37,177 nucleotides of DNA from Candidatus Kaiserbacteria bacterium RIFCSPHIGHO2_01_FULL_58_22 (GCA_001781445.1 MFLB01000039.1:1-37177); one strand, 5' to 3'. Numbered from the stretch's first letter, positions 1-8,196 are shown. The notes: generated by a model not told the origin, from the letters alone. Numbers and translations are program-made.

Positions 1-482
1 AGGCCGAGTATGGCGCCCGTGGGATAACAGCCCGGGTTGGCGATAAGGTTCGCCTTCTTTATTTCATCCTTGTGGAGCTCGGGTAGCCCGTAGACGGCCT
101 TCTCGAGATTCGTCTTGTCGGCATGCGACGCTTTGTAGAATTGCTCGTAGACCGCCGCATCTTTCAGGCGGTAGTCGGCGCTCACGTCGATGACCTTCTT
201 CCCCGCCTTGAGGAACATCGGGGCGTACTCTTGCGAGACCGTATGCGGGAGCGAAAGAAAGACAAGATCGGCCTTCTTCACGGCTTCCTCGAAGGAAAAG
301 GCCTTGCAGGGCAGATCAACCTTCCCCATCAAGTATGGGAAGATGTCCTGGATAGTTTCGCTCCTATCTTCTTTGCCCGAGACGTACGTAAGCTCCACCT
401 GCGGATGGTTTGCGAGGATTTTTACGAGTTCTTCCCCCGTGTATCCGGTAGCTCCGATTACTCCTACTTTAGTTTTAGTCAT
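1..482 (-). CDS. argC: N-acetyl-gamma-glutamyl-phosphate reductase, N-terminal part (gene runs off the left window edge)
   Basis: Absent from the ORF track because no stop lies in the window. Reverse translation from ATG 482..480 reads MTKTKVGVIGATGYTGEELVKILANHPQVELTYVSGKED... and ends ...KKANLIANPGCYPTGAILG. This gives a Rossmann GxxGxxG plus the ArgC active-site NPGCYPT motif. Confidence 0.85.
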   Translation of the reverse strand, partial: MTKTKVGVIGATGYTGEELVKILANHPQVELTYVSGKEDRSETIQDIFPYLMGKVDLPCKAFSFEEAVKKADLVFLSLPHTVSQEYAPMFLKAGKKVIDVSADYRLKDAAVYEQFYKASHADKTNLEKAVYGLPELHKDEIKKANLIANPGCYPTGAILG

Positions 483-509
483 GTGTTGGATTGAAGTGAA
501 TAATAACGC

Positions 510-531
510 AAAACGGCCTCACCATGAGGCC
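510..531 (-). terminator. Stem-loop GGCCTCA-cca-TGAGGCC followed by GTTTT on the minus strand
   Basis: 7-bp GC-rich stem at 515..531 with a short U-tract (510..514 on the minus-strand RNA). It lies about 150 nt downstream of the stop of the 678..1490 gene. Confidence 0.4.
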
Positions 532-677
532 GCCGGAGATTTATGTGGAGAAAACCAAAATCCGCGAACGACCTCAAATTGAGACCGCTCGTCCTCGCGC
601 AACGTTCAATGAAATCTTAGCTACCATGTCACCTTTCTATCACACCCCCCAATTCTGTCAATATCCCGCAGTATCCA

Positions 678-1490
678 CTACTCCTTCATCCTATGAACAA
701 TGAGCGTCGCCGGCGTTCTAAAGTCCAGTATACTCTCGATGTTCTCATGGATCGATACTTCGGTATCATCCTTTTCCGCAATGTTTCCAAGACCTTTCTC
801 CAGACCCGCGGAGAGTGCTTCCAACATAAGATTGCGACGCATAGGAGGCATATCTTCAATAACAAATCCGATCGGGAATGTGCGAAAGTAACTGTCCGCA
901 CCGAGGCTATCATACATATTGGAAAAGTACTGCGGTATCTCCTCCATATTTTTGCAGTAATGTGGAAGGCTCCATGTGGCCCATATTTCGTCGAACTTGT
1001 CATACCCGGCGGCATGAAGTTCAGTCAAAAAATCTTTCGAAGTGGGGTCAAGCTGCAAGGAACGATAGTAGCCTGCTGCTTGCCGATGATCAATGATCTC
1101 GTGTGAGAGATAGCGGTCTGCGTTCAGTATCAGCCGTGGCGTAAATCTTGGGTCGGAAGTAAGGTCGCCGAGCGATCTTCCACCGCCAACGAGAAGGATC
1201 CTTTTTCCATTCACTGCTCTTTCGAGACTTAAGAAATCCCGAGCATGTATCCCTAAGAGATACGGCGCAAGCGGAGGTCTCATCTCTCCATGGCTCCATA
1301 CTTTGGTAAACAGTCCTCTATTCACAACGGTGTCTTCGAAGCCGTGCTCTCCGATCGACGAATCATAGTAATCCTTCTTGGCGATCTTTATACACTGTGC
1401 GACCATGGCACGATTTTTCGCCTTTCGCTCCTCGAGTGCACTCCTGGGGCCATCTTTAAATCCTGCAATGCGCTCGTATATCATTTTCAT
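678..1490 (-). CDS. Hypothetical protein, possibly a class I SAM-dependent methyltransferase fold
   Basis: 270-aa ORF with no competing frame. Has a glycine-rich ILLVGGGRSLGD motif-I-like segment and a later FDEIWATWSLPHY segment. GC looks lower than flanking genes by eye. Confidence 0.65.
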   Translation of the reverse strand: MKMIYERIAGFKDGPRSALEERKAKNRAMVAQCIKIAKKDYYDSSIGEHGFEDTVVNRGLFTKVWSHGEMRPPLAPYLLGIHARDFLSLERAVNGKRILLVGGGRSLGDLTSDPRFTPRLILNADRYLSHEIIDHRQAAGYYRSLQLDPTSKDFLTELHAAGYDKFDEIWATWSLPHYCKNMEEIPQYFSNMYDSLGADSYFRTFPIGFVIEDMPPMRRNLMLEALSAGLEKGLGNIAEKDDTEVSIHENIESILDFRTPATLIVHRMKE

Positions 1491-1536
1491 GATGCTACTT
1501 CAGAGACTTAAGTTTGCCTAGGGCCTCGTTATTCCC

Positions 1537-1726
1537 TAGAACCCATCTCAAAAATAAACGCACTACGAAAATACAAAGTCAGCTTGGCTACTGCGGCCGC
1601 TTCCGCGCGGCTCCGGCGCCGAACGGCTCGGCCTCATCGTGTCGCGGACACGCTTCGGCCTGCGCCGCGGCGCCTCGCTCGCGCGGAAGCGGCCTCGTTA
1701 CGCCATTATTTTTGAGATGGGTTCTA
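1537..1726. repeat. 190-bp GC-rich palindromic element with perfect 21-bp terminal inverted repeats
   Basis: TAGAACCCATCTCAAAAATAA at 1537..1557 is the exact reverse complement of 1706..1726. An internal 15-bp perfect stem pairs GGCCGCTTCCGCGCG (1595..1609) with CGCGCGGAAGCGGCC (1680..1694). Confidence 0.85.
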
Positions 1727-1762
1727 CTGTAGTATTGGAACATAGTCCTCGAAGCGGCGTAT

Positions 1763-2038
1763 TTGCAGGTCAAAAATGGCTCTGAACAAGAGTTCGAGAA
1801 AGCGTTCAAAAAGGCCTCGGCTGTCATCTCCTCCTCCAGCGGCTATGTGTCGCACGAATTGCACCGATGCATCGAGGTTGAAGGAAAGTATTTGCTCCTG
1901 GTTAGATGGAACGAACTCGAAGACCACACCGACGGTTTCCGCAATTCGCCGAACTATCAGGAATGTAAGAAGCTACTTCACCATTTCTATGACCCATTCC
2001 CAACCGTCGAGCATTTCGAACAAATCAGGCTAAAGTAA
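1763..2038 (+). CDS. Antibiotic-biosynthesis-monooxygenase (ABM/Dabb) domain protein, start uncertain
   Basis: 91 aa from a TTG start. VKNGSEQEFEKAF...GYVSHELHRCIE...YLLLVRWNELEDHTDGFRNSPNYQE fits the ferredoxin-like ABM pattern. Upstream in-frame codons (NIVLEAAY) look like the missing first beta-strand, but no canonical start precedes them. Confidence 0.65.
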   Translation: MQVKNGSEQEFEKAFKKASAVISSSSGYVSHELHRCIEVEGKYLLLVRWNELEDHTDGFRNSPNYQECKKLLHHFYDPFPTVEHFEQIRLK

Positions 2039-2065
2039 TATCTTCCGCCTCGGGCGTGCCTAATC

Positions 2066-2326
2066 TTATGCGACTTCCTTTCGCTTTATCTTGAGATGTT
2101 GTTCGATTACCCGTATTCGCCCGCGCAAGTCGTCAATTTCTTTCGTTACTCCTTTCAGATTGCCAAACTGCTCCTTAAGAGCATCGAGACGACGATTGAT
2201 CGAGGCTAGCTCGCGCTCAATCGAGGAGAGTCGAGTGTTAACCTCGGCCATCTCCTCACTCGTGGCCATGTAATCCTTGATGAAATTGACGATCTCAAGT
2301 ATCTCCTTCGTCTCACTCTTTGCCAT
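2066..2326 (-). CDS. Small coiled-coil protein of unknown function
   Basis: MAKSETKEILEIVNFIKDYMATSEEMAEVNTRLSSIERELASINRRLDALKEQFGNLKGVTKEIDDLRGRIRVIEQHLKIKRKEVA has heptad-like character. The longer track ORF (to 2578) overlaps leuS with an Arg-rich artefactual extension. An alternative ATG lies at 2344. Confidence 0.55.
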   Translation of the reverse strand: MAKSETKEILEIVNFIKDYMATSEEMAEVNTRLSSIERELASINRRLDALKEQFGNLKGVTKEIDDLRGRIRVIEQHLKIKRKEVA

Positions 2327-2355
2327 AGGGAGCCATTGTAGCATAACCGCACGAT

Positions 2356-5300
2356 CTAATCCGAGACGATGAGGTTCACGAGGCGGCCCGGCACGACGAT
2401 CGTACGAACGACCTGTTTTCCGTCCAAGCGAGCCGCAACCGCTCCCCGCGCCGCGGCCTCTTGAGCTTCCTTGTCCGCGTCTGCCGCGACGGATGCCTCT
2501 CCTCTCGTTTTCCCGTTTATCTGCACGGCGATGCGCACGGTTTCGTCTTTGAGCTTTGATACGTCGTACGAAGGCCATTTTTCAGTATGGATCGAACGCA
2601 TCTTTCTTGCTCCCCGTTTATCCTTCGTAGCTTTAGCGAAGGAGGACCAGAGTTCCTCGGTCATATGCGGCGCGAAGGGCGCCAATATCTTCAGGAAACG
2701 GACGAACTGGTCTTTGTTGATGCCTTCCTTTTCTGCGACATTCGTGAACGTCATCATCGCCGCAATGGCGGTATTGAACTTGAACGACTCTATGTCACTT
2801 CCCACTTTCAGTATCGTTTTGTGCAATTGCCGCTCGGTCCCCTCGGCTCCTCGCTCTTCGTTGCCTGCCCCGTAGCCATCCGAGCGAAGCGAGGATGTGG
2901 TACTGGGGTTCGCTCGCTGTCCCAGCCGCCACACGCGTTCAAGGAATCGCCGCGCGCCTATCATGCTCTCCGTGCTCCACGCGATCGAATCGGTGAAGGG
3001 CCCCATGAACATTTCGTACATGCGGAGCGTGTCGGCGCCGTAGGCCTTCACGATGTCGTCGGGATTTATCACGTTGCCGTAGCGCTTGCTCATCTTCTTT
3101 CCGTCGGGCGCCTGGATGAGTCCGACGGAGATCAGCCGCATGAACGGCTCGGGAGTGGAAACGACGCCGATGTCGTGCAAGAATTTGTGCCAAAAGCGCG
3201 CGTAGATAAGGTGGCGCGTCGCGTGCTCCGCGCCGCCCACATAGGTGTCTACCGGTGCCCAGTATTTCTCTTTTTTCTTATCGACGAGCGCTTTTTTGTT
3301 GTTCGGGTCCATGTAGCGCAGGTAGTACCACGAAGAACCCGCCCACTGTGGCATCGTGTTGGTCTCGCGCGTACCCGGACCCTTGCACTTCGGACAGCGG
3401 ACGTTGACCCATTTCGCAATACTCGCAAGCGGCGAGTGCCCCGTGCCGGTCGGTTGGTATGAATTCACCTCTGGCAATTTCACCGGCAAGTCCTTTTCCG
3501 GCACCGGCACGACACCACACTTGGCGCAATGAATGACAGGAATAGGTTCGCCCCAATAGCGCTGGCGGGAAAAAACCCAGTCGCGAAGCTTGTAGGTTAC
3601 CTTTGCGCGACCGAGTTTCCCGGTAATAGCTTTTCTTGCCTCTGCGCTCTCCATCCCGCTGAACTCTCCGGAATTCGCGAGTATTCCCTCCCCTTCGTAG
3701 CAGGCGCGGCCATTGATCCGTACCCACGCGATACGCATATCTTCGTGATTGATAAATTCGTCCATTTCTTTCTTCGTGAGCCATGTTATCTCGTGGTCCG
3801 CTTTTTCCTTTTCTGAAACTTGTTCGCAGGTGTCATCATCCAACGTAAAAAGGAACGGGGTGTAGTGAGCAAATGTATTCCATTTTCGAACAACACTGTA
3901 GTATTTGCCGTGGATCGTGCCGCCAAGCTTTCGCACAAGCGAGGTGTGTACATATCCAGTTTCTTCCCGTATCTCTCTTTGCGCTGTCGCGATCGGTTCT
4001 TCTCCCTCATCAATACCACCCGAAACACAGCCTCGCGTATCGGTGGGCTTATAGCGAACCGCAAGGTACTTGTCTTCGGACCAGTGCTTCACAAAGGCGA
4101 GAATAGCCGGTCGGTCGTGAAAGGGTCCGTCTGCGTGTACAGCATCGAGGCCGGTCGTCCGAACAGCGAGAGGCTCGATAACTTCGACGATAGGCAACTT
4201 GAACTTTTTGGCGAATTCGAAGTCGCGTTCGTCGTGCGCGGGGACTGCCATAATGGCGCCCGTGCCGTAGTGCGCGAGCACGTAGTCGGCGATGAAAATC
4301 GGTATTTTCTTTCCCGTCGCTGGATTAACCGCTTCCACCCCTTCGAGCCGCACGCCGGTCTTCTTTTTTTGTTCCGTTATTCGCTCGAGCTCTGTCTTTT
4401 TGTCCGATAGCGCGATATATCGCACTATTTCATCCTCATTCTTCAGCAAACCTTTTTGCTGGATGGCGAGCCGCACCCAAGGGTGTTCGGGAGCGAGCAC
4501 CATGTACGTCGCGCCAAAAAGCGTATCTGCACGCGTCGTAAAGACCGTGATACTAGGCAGAAGAGCGTTCAAGACCATCGGCTCCTCTTTCCCCATGAAG
4601 TGCTTTTCCTCCGCATTTCCTTCGACCAGACGGGCTCCGAGCTCTTTGGCCAGAAATTTGAGATACGGTATCCGCCGAGTGCCCTCTTGCAGATCCGAGA
4701 GAATAACAGAGAATCCCGCAAGCTTTCTGATTCGTGCATAGTCGACGTCCCAATTGAAATGCTTCTGATACGGGCGCTCTACCGCTCCCGGGAATTTTGC
4801 ATTAACGGCTGATGCGACAAGCATGAGACCAGCGATAGGTCTATTGATCTTTTCGAGAACTTTGAGAGCTATCGCTCCGCCGAGACTGTGGCCGACTATG
4901 ATTGTGCGCTCGTCAATGGTGCACGTATCTAACACCTTTTTCACCTGCTCAGTTTCCTTGGGATTCCAGGAATTTGGCAACTCTGGCACTTGCACCTTCA
5001 ATCCCCTTCTCTCCAGCTCCCCATTTAGCCAAGGAATAAAAGCGCCAATCGGGGATTCCTTGTATCCATGCAGGAGTAGATAATTTGGCTTTGGCGCCGT
5101 CGTATTTTCAAATTCAAGCGGAAAATCTATCTCCGCGCCTTCGCTCCGGCCTATCCAGTTGCGCTGTGATTCTTTGATGTGTTCCTGCCATTCGGGAAGA
5201 TGCGATAGGTCATTGAGGAGCCGTTCGGCGTAGTCAGTGATCCGGAGCATCCACTGTCGCATAGGCCTCTTCTCGACGATTGTGCCGCATCGCTCGCAGG

Positions 5301-5823
5301 CATTGCCGTCGAGGTCTTCGTTCGAAAGCCCAGTCTGACATTTCGGGCACCAATTGATGGGTTCGTTCGATTCGTATGCCAGCCCCTTCTCCAGAAGCTT
5401 CAAGAATATCCACTGCGTCCACTTGTAGTACGAGGGGTCGGTCGTGTTTATTTCGCGGCTCCAATCGTAATCGAGGCCGATCGTCGAGAGTTGCTCCTTG
5501 AATCGCGCGATGTTCTTGGCGACGGCGGCGCGCGGATGCACCTTGTTCTGGATCGCGAAATTCTCCGCAGGCAGGCCGAAGGCGTCCCACCCCATCGGAT
5601 GCAAAACGCTATGCCCCGTCATCCGCTTGTGGCGTGCATAGACGTCGGTCGCGATATAGCCCTTCGGGTGCCCTACGTGAAGCCCTTCCCCCGAAGGGTA
5701 TGGGAACATGTCCAAGACATATGACTTTGGTTTTCTAGGATTCTCTTTGGAACGATAGATCTCCTTCTTCTGCCATTCACGCTGCCACTTTTTCTCTATC
5801 TTTTTGTGGTCATACTTCCGCAT
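2356..5823 (-). CDS. leuS: Leucine--tRNA ligase, enlarged (1155 aa) by in-frame alpha/beta-hydrolase and Nudix modules
   Basis: Has HIGH (HVGH, aa 49-52), KMSKS (KMSKR, aa 910-914), editing-domain motifs TTRADTLFGATY and GAIMAVPAHDERDFEFAKKF, RDWVFSRQRYWGEPIP, and a C-terminal tRNA-binding domain. Extra segments at aa ~237-424 and ~551-712. Confidence 0.95.
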   Translation of the reverse strand: MRKYDHKKIEKKWQREWQKKEIYRSKENPRKPKSYVLDMFPYPSGEGLHVGHPKGYIATDVYARHKRMTGHSVLHPMGWDAFGLPAENFAIQNKVHPRAAVAKNIARFKEQLSTIGLDYDWSREINTTDPSYYKWTQWIFLKLLEKGLAYESNEPINWCPKCQTGLSNEDLDGNACERCGTIVEKRPMRQWMLRITDYAERLLNDLSHLPEWQEHIKESQRNWIGRSEGAEIDFPLEFENTTAPKPNYLLLHGYKESPIGAFIPWLNGELERRGLKVQVPELPNSWNPKETEQVKKVLDTCTIDERTIIVGHSLGGAIALKVLEKINRPIAGLMLVASAVNAKFPGAVERPYQKHFNWDVDYARIRKLAGFSVILSDLQEGTRRIPYLKFLAKELGARLVEGNAEEKHFMGKEEPMVLNALLPSITVFTTRADTLFGATYMVLAPEHPWVRLAIQQKGLLKNEDEIVRYIALSDKKTELERITEQKKKTGVRLEGVEAVNPATGKKIPIFIADYVLAHYGTGAIMAVPAHDERDFEFAKKFKLPIVEVIEPLAVRTTGLDAVHADGPFHDRPAILAFVKHWSEDKYLAVRYKPTDTRGCVSGGIDEGEEPIATAQREIREETGYVHTSLVRKLGGTIHGKYYSVVRKWNTFAHYTPFLFTLDDDTCEQVSEKEKADHEITWLTKKEMDEFINHEDMRIAWVRINGRACYEGEGILANSGEFSGMESAEARKAITGKLGRAKVTYKLRDWVFSRQRYWGEPIPVIHCAKCGVVPVPEKDLPVKLPEVNSYQPTGTGHSPLASIAKWVNVRCPKCKGPGTRETNTMPQWAGSSWYYLRYMDPNNKKALVDKKKEKYWAPVDTYVGGAEHATRHLIYARFWHKFLHDIGVVSTPEPFMRLISVGLIQAPDGKKMSKRYGNVINPDDIVKAYGADTLRMYEMFMGPFTDSIAWSTESMIGARRFLERVWRLGQRANPSTTSSLRSDGYGAGNEERGAEGTERQLHKTILKVGSDIESFKFNTAIAAMMTFTNVAEKEGINKDQFVRFLKILAPFAPHMTEELWSSFAKATKDKRGARKMRSIHTEKWPSYDVSKLKDETVRIAVQINGKTRGEASVAADADKEAQEAAARGAVAARLDGKQVVRTIVVPGRLVNLIVSD

Positions 5824-5836
5824 TGGAAAAGAGTAT

Positions 5837-6042
5837 CACACGCGACGTGTGCTCGTAAACCGGCTCATTCCGACACCGCAGGGCGTTGACCCTGCGGGTC
5901 GGAATACACTCCCTGCGCAAAAGCGCAGGGCGTTTCCGCCAATTTCTGACTCCCTGCCCCCTTCGGTGGGCAGGGCTGGGCTCGGGAATGCAAAAGTGCT
6001 CTTTTGCATTTCACTCGCTCTACGTCGCCAGTAAGGAGGCGA
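5837..6042. repeat. Cluster of six consecutive stem-loops (REP/BIME-like) between the membrane-protein gene and leuS
   Basis: Hairpins at 5837..5851 (CACACG/CGTGTG), 5867..5905 (16 bp with one bulge), 5911..5930 (CCCTGCGC-aaaa-GCGCAGGG), 5952..5975 (CCCTGCCC...GGGCAGGG), 5988..6009 (ATGCAAAAG/CTTTTGCAT) and 6025..6042. Three share a CCCTGC...GCAGGG stem core. Confidence 0.75.
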
Positions 6043-6046
6043 GAAG

Positions 6047-7090
6047 CTAGCGCAACGTGGATTTGCTGAACGGCGGATAGCGTTCCGGGTCTATCGTTCT
6101 GTCGAAGCAGACGTCTCCCGCCCCGTGTTGCCACGAATCGCCTTCGATTCCCTTTTCTCCGGGACCGGCCGCAATGGGCCGAACCATGTACGGATCTCCA
6201 ACTCCCTCTTTGTTGAACGTCGCGCAGAGCTTGAATGAGAGCCGCCCGGTGACCTCATACGCGTATGGCTCGCCGCTCTGCGGGTCCACGGGAAATACGT
6301 AGCCTCCGAGAGGGTCTTTGGCCTCTTCGAGCGTGGCGGGAAGCTTTTCTTTCTGTTGCCAATAATTCACGACCTGCCACTGAATGTTTTGCAGATCGCT
6401 CACCTTTTGGCTGTCGAGGCGAAGAAGGCGTACTTCTGCTGGCGATCCAAGGATAAAGAAGCCGGACGCGATCGCCGCGAGGACGACGAGTCCCGCGGCC
6501 ACTCCGACGGTCGTCGCGCGCGAGGGGTTTGCTTTCCAGTATCCGCGCAGATCGGCAAGGAAATGCAGGAACACAGCTCCCGCTACGAGAAGCAAGACAA
6601 TGACTTTAAGGATAAAGCGCGTCGTAAGCTCGCCGCCGAGAAAATAATTGATGAGCGTGATGAGATCGCCGACCAATGCCGCGCCTGCGACAAACACAGT
6701 CAGTACCAGCGCCCATCGTCGGACCCACAGCTCGCTCTTGATGGGTTCGCGCGCGATGTCGGAGCGAATGAAGCGGAGAAGAACGACCGTGACAGGGACA
6801 AGGACGATGAGCGACGCCATCGCGAAGCGTATCCCCCCGGAGAAAGGATCAACATAATATTCGAGCGGATCCGGGTACGTGCGGTCAATGTATTCGAACA
6901 AAAGCGCGATGAACGAGATGACGCTTCCGTAGAGCGCCACCATCGCGCCCGCCCAGAGAAAGAAATCCTTCGGGGTTACCTTGGGTTTGTCCATACGGAA
7001 ATAGTAAATGGTTATTAGAAAATAGCAAATGGCAGAGATCAAGAATGCAAGAACTCCCCTCCTTCGCGCAAGGCTTCGGAGGGCAAGCAT
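6047..7090 (-). CDS. Integral membrane protein (DUF5671-like N-terminal multi-pass region plus soluble C-terminal domain)
   Basis: About 6 hydrophobic helices in the first ~230 aa, then a hydrophilic domain (...QWQVVNYWQQKEKLPATLEE...). ATG at 7090 lies 3 nt after the ychF stop; the track ORF begins at GTG 7093. Confidence 0.7.
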   Translation of the reverse strand: MLALRSLARRRGVLAFLISAICYFLITIYYFRMDKPKVTPKDFFLWAGAMVALYGSVISFIALLFEYIDRTYPDPLEYYVDPFSGGIRFAMASLIVLVPVTVVLLRFIRSDIAREPIKSELWVRRWALVLTVFVAGAALVGDLITLINYFLGGELTTRFILKVIVLLLVAGAVFLHFLADLRGYWKANPSRATTVGVAAGLVVLAAIASGFFILGSPAEVRLLRLDSQKVSDLQNIQWQVVNYWQQKEKLPATLEEAKDPLGGYVFPVDPQSGEPYAYEVTGRLSFKLCATFNKEGVGDPYMVRPIAAGPGEKGIEGDSWQHGAGDVCFDRTIDPERYPPFSKSTLR

Positions 7091-7092
7091 CA

Positions 7093-8190
7093 CTACGAGT
7101 GCAGGAACTCCATGACGTCTCCGTCTTGCACTACGTATTCTTTGCCCTCGCTCCGGAGCCAGCCTTTCTCCCGTGCCTTTGCAAAAGAGCCTGCTTCAAG
7201 CAGTTTGTCCCAGCGAATGACTTCGGCGCGGATGAACTTGTCGCGGAAATCGGTGTGGATGGCGGCGCCCGCTTCCGGTGCCGTCGAGCCGCGCGCAATA
7301 GTCCACGCGCGGCTTTCTTTCTCACCCGTCGTGAAAAACGAGATGAGATCGAGAAGCTTGTAGCCCGCTTTGATGAGTTCGTCGAGCCCGTCGGCGACGC
7401 CGAGCTCGCGGCGGAAATCCGACTTTTCGTCACTGTGCACGTCGCCAAGCTCGTTCTCGACGCCGGCGTCCACGACGACATACTGCGCGCCGCTCGAATC
7501 GAGAAAATCCTTAAGCTCCCGCCATCGCGGCCCGCCCTCCGCATCAATGTTCAGCGCGCCGCTCTTCTTGTTCAAGACGTAGAGCATGGGCTTCATCGTG
7601 AGCATGTGCAGGGTCTTCGCATTCTCCCGTTCGCCGGCATCGAGCGACACGGAGCGCGCCGGTCTTCCCGCTTGGAGCGCCGGAACGATTTTCCGCAGAA
7701 GGTCGCGCTCGGCGACTAATTCCTTACCTCCCCCCTTTGCATCGCGTTCTACGCGATCGAGGCGCTTCGCGGCGTGCTCCAGATCGGCCTGCACGAGTTC
7801 GAGACCGACGACCTCGATGTCGTAGCGGGGATCCACGGCGCCCGCGACATGATGGATGTCGTCGTCCTCGAATATCCGCACGACCTCCGCTATGGCGTCA
7901 ACGTCCCGGATGTGCGAGAGGAACTGGTTGCCCAGCCCTTCCCCTTCCGAAGCGCCCTTGACCAAGCCCGCGATGTCCACAAACTCGACCGCCGCGGGGA
8001 TCTTCTTTTGCGAACGGGACATTTCGGCGAGCTTGTCGAGACGCACATCGGGCACGGCGACGACGCCGACCGAAGGGTCTATGGTGGCGAACGGATAATT
8101 CGCGATCAAAACGCCCTTCCGCGTCAGCGCGTTAAAAAGCGTCGACTTGCCGACATTCGGGAGCCCGACGATGCCGATACTCAATGACAT
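7093..8190 (-). CDS. ychF: Ribosome-binding ATPase YchF
   Basis: 365 aa. Has an N-terminal P-loop [18 protein letters not shown], the [10 protein letters not shown]2 region and a C-terminal TGS-like end ...[18 protein letters not shown]. Confidence 0.93.
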   Translation of the reverse strand: MSLSIGIVGLPNVGKSTLFNALTRKGVLIANYPFATIDPSVGVVAVPDVRLDKLAEMSRSQKKIPAAVEFVDIAGLVKGASEGEGLGNQFLSHIRDVDAIAEVVRIFEDDDIHHVAGAVDPRYDIEVVGLELVQADLEHAAKRLDRVERDAKGGGKELVAERDLLRKIVPALQAGRPARSVSLDAGERENAKTLHMLTMKPMLYVLNKKSGALNIDAEGGPRWRELKDFLDSSGAQYVVVDAGVENELGDVHSDEKSDFRRELGVADGLDELIKAGYKLLDLISFFTTGEKESRAWTIARGSTAPEAGAAIHTDFRDKFIRAEVIRWDKLLEAGSFAKAREKGWLRSEGKEYVVQDGDVMEFLHS

Positions 8191-8196
8191 CGGCCA

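Noticed and set aside
2327-2578. Arg-rich N-terminal extension of the 2066..2578 ORF
   Set aside because: It overlaps the 3' end of leuS in another frame and looks like a GC-rich artefact. The coiled-coil part starts at an internal Met (2326 or 2344).
3688-5115. Inteins as an explanation for the leuS insertions
   Set aside because: There is no Cys/Ser/Thr at the N-terminal junctions, no terminal His-Asn plus nucleophile, and no homing-endonuclease motifs. The inserts instead carry complete hydrolase signatures (GHSLGG, Nudix box).
5824-6046. Possible T-box leader for leuS
   Set aside because: No T-box consensus (AGGGTGGNACCGCG-like) or specifier-loop/antiterminator architecture is visible. 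The region is better described as stacked REP-like hairpins.
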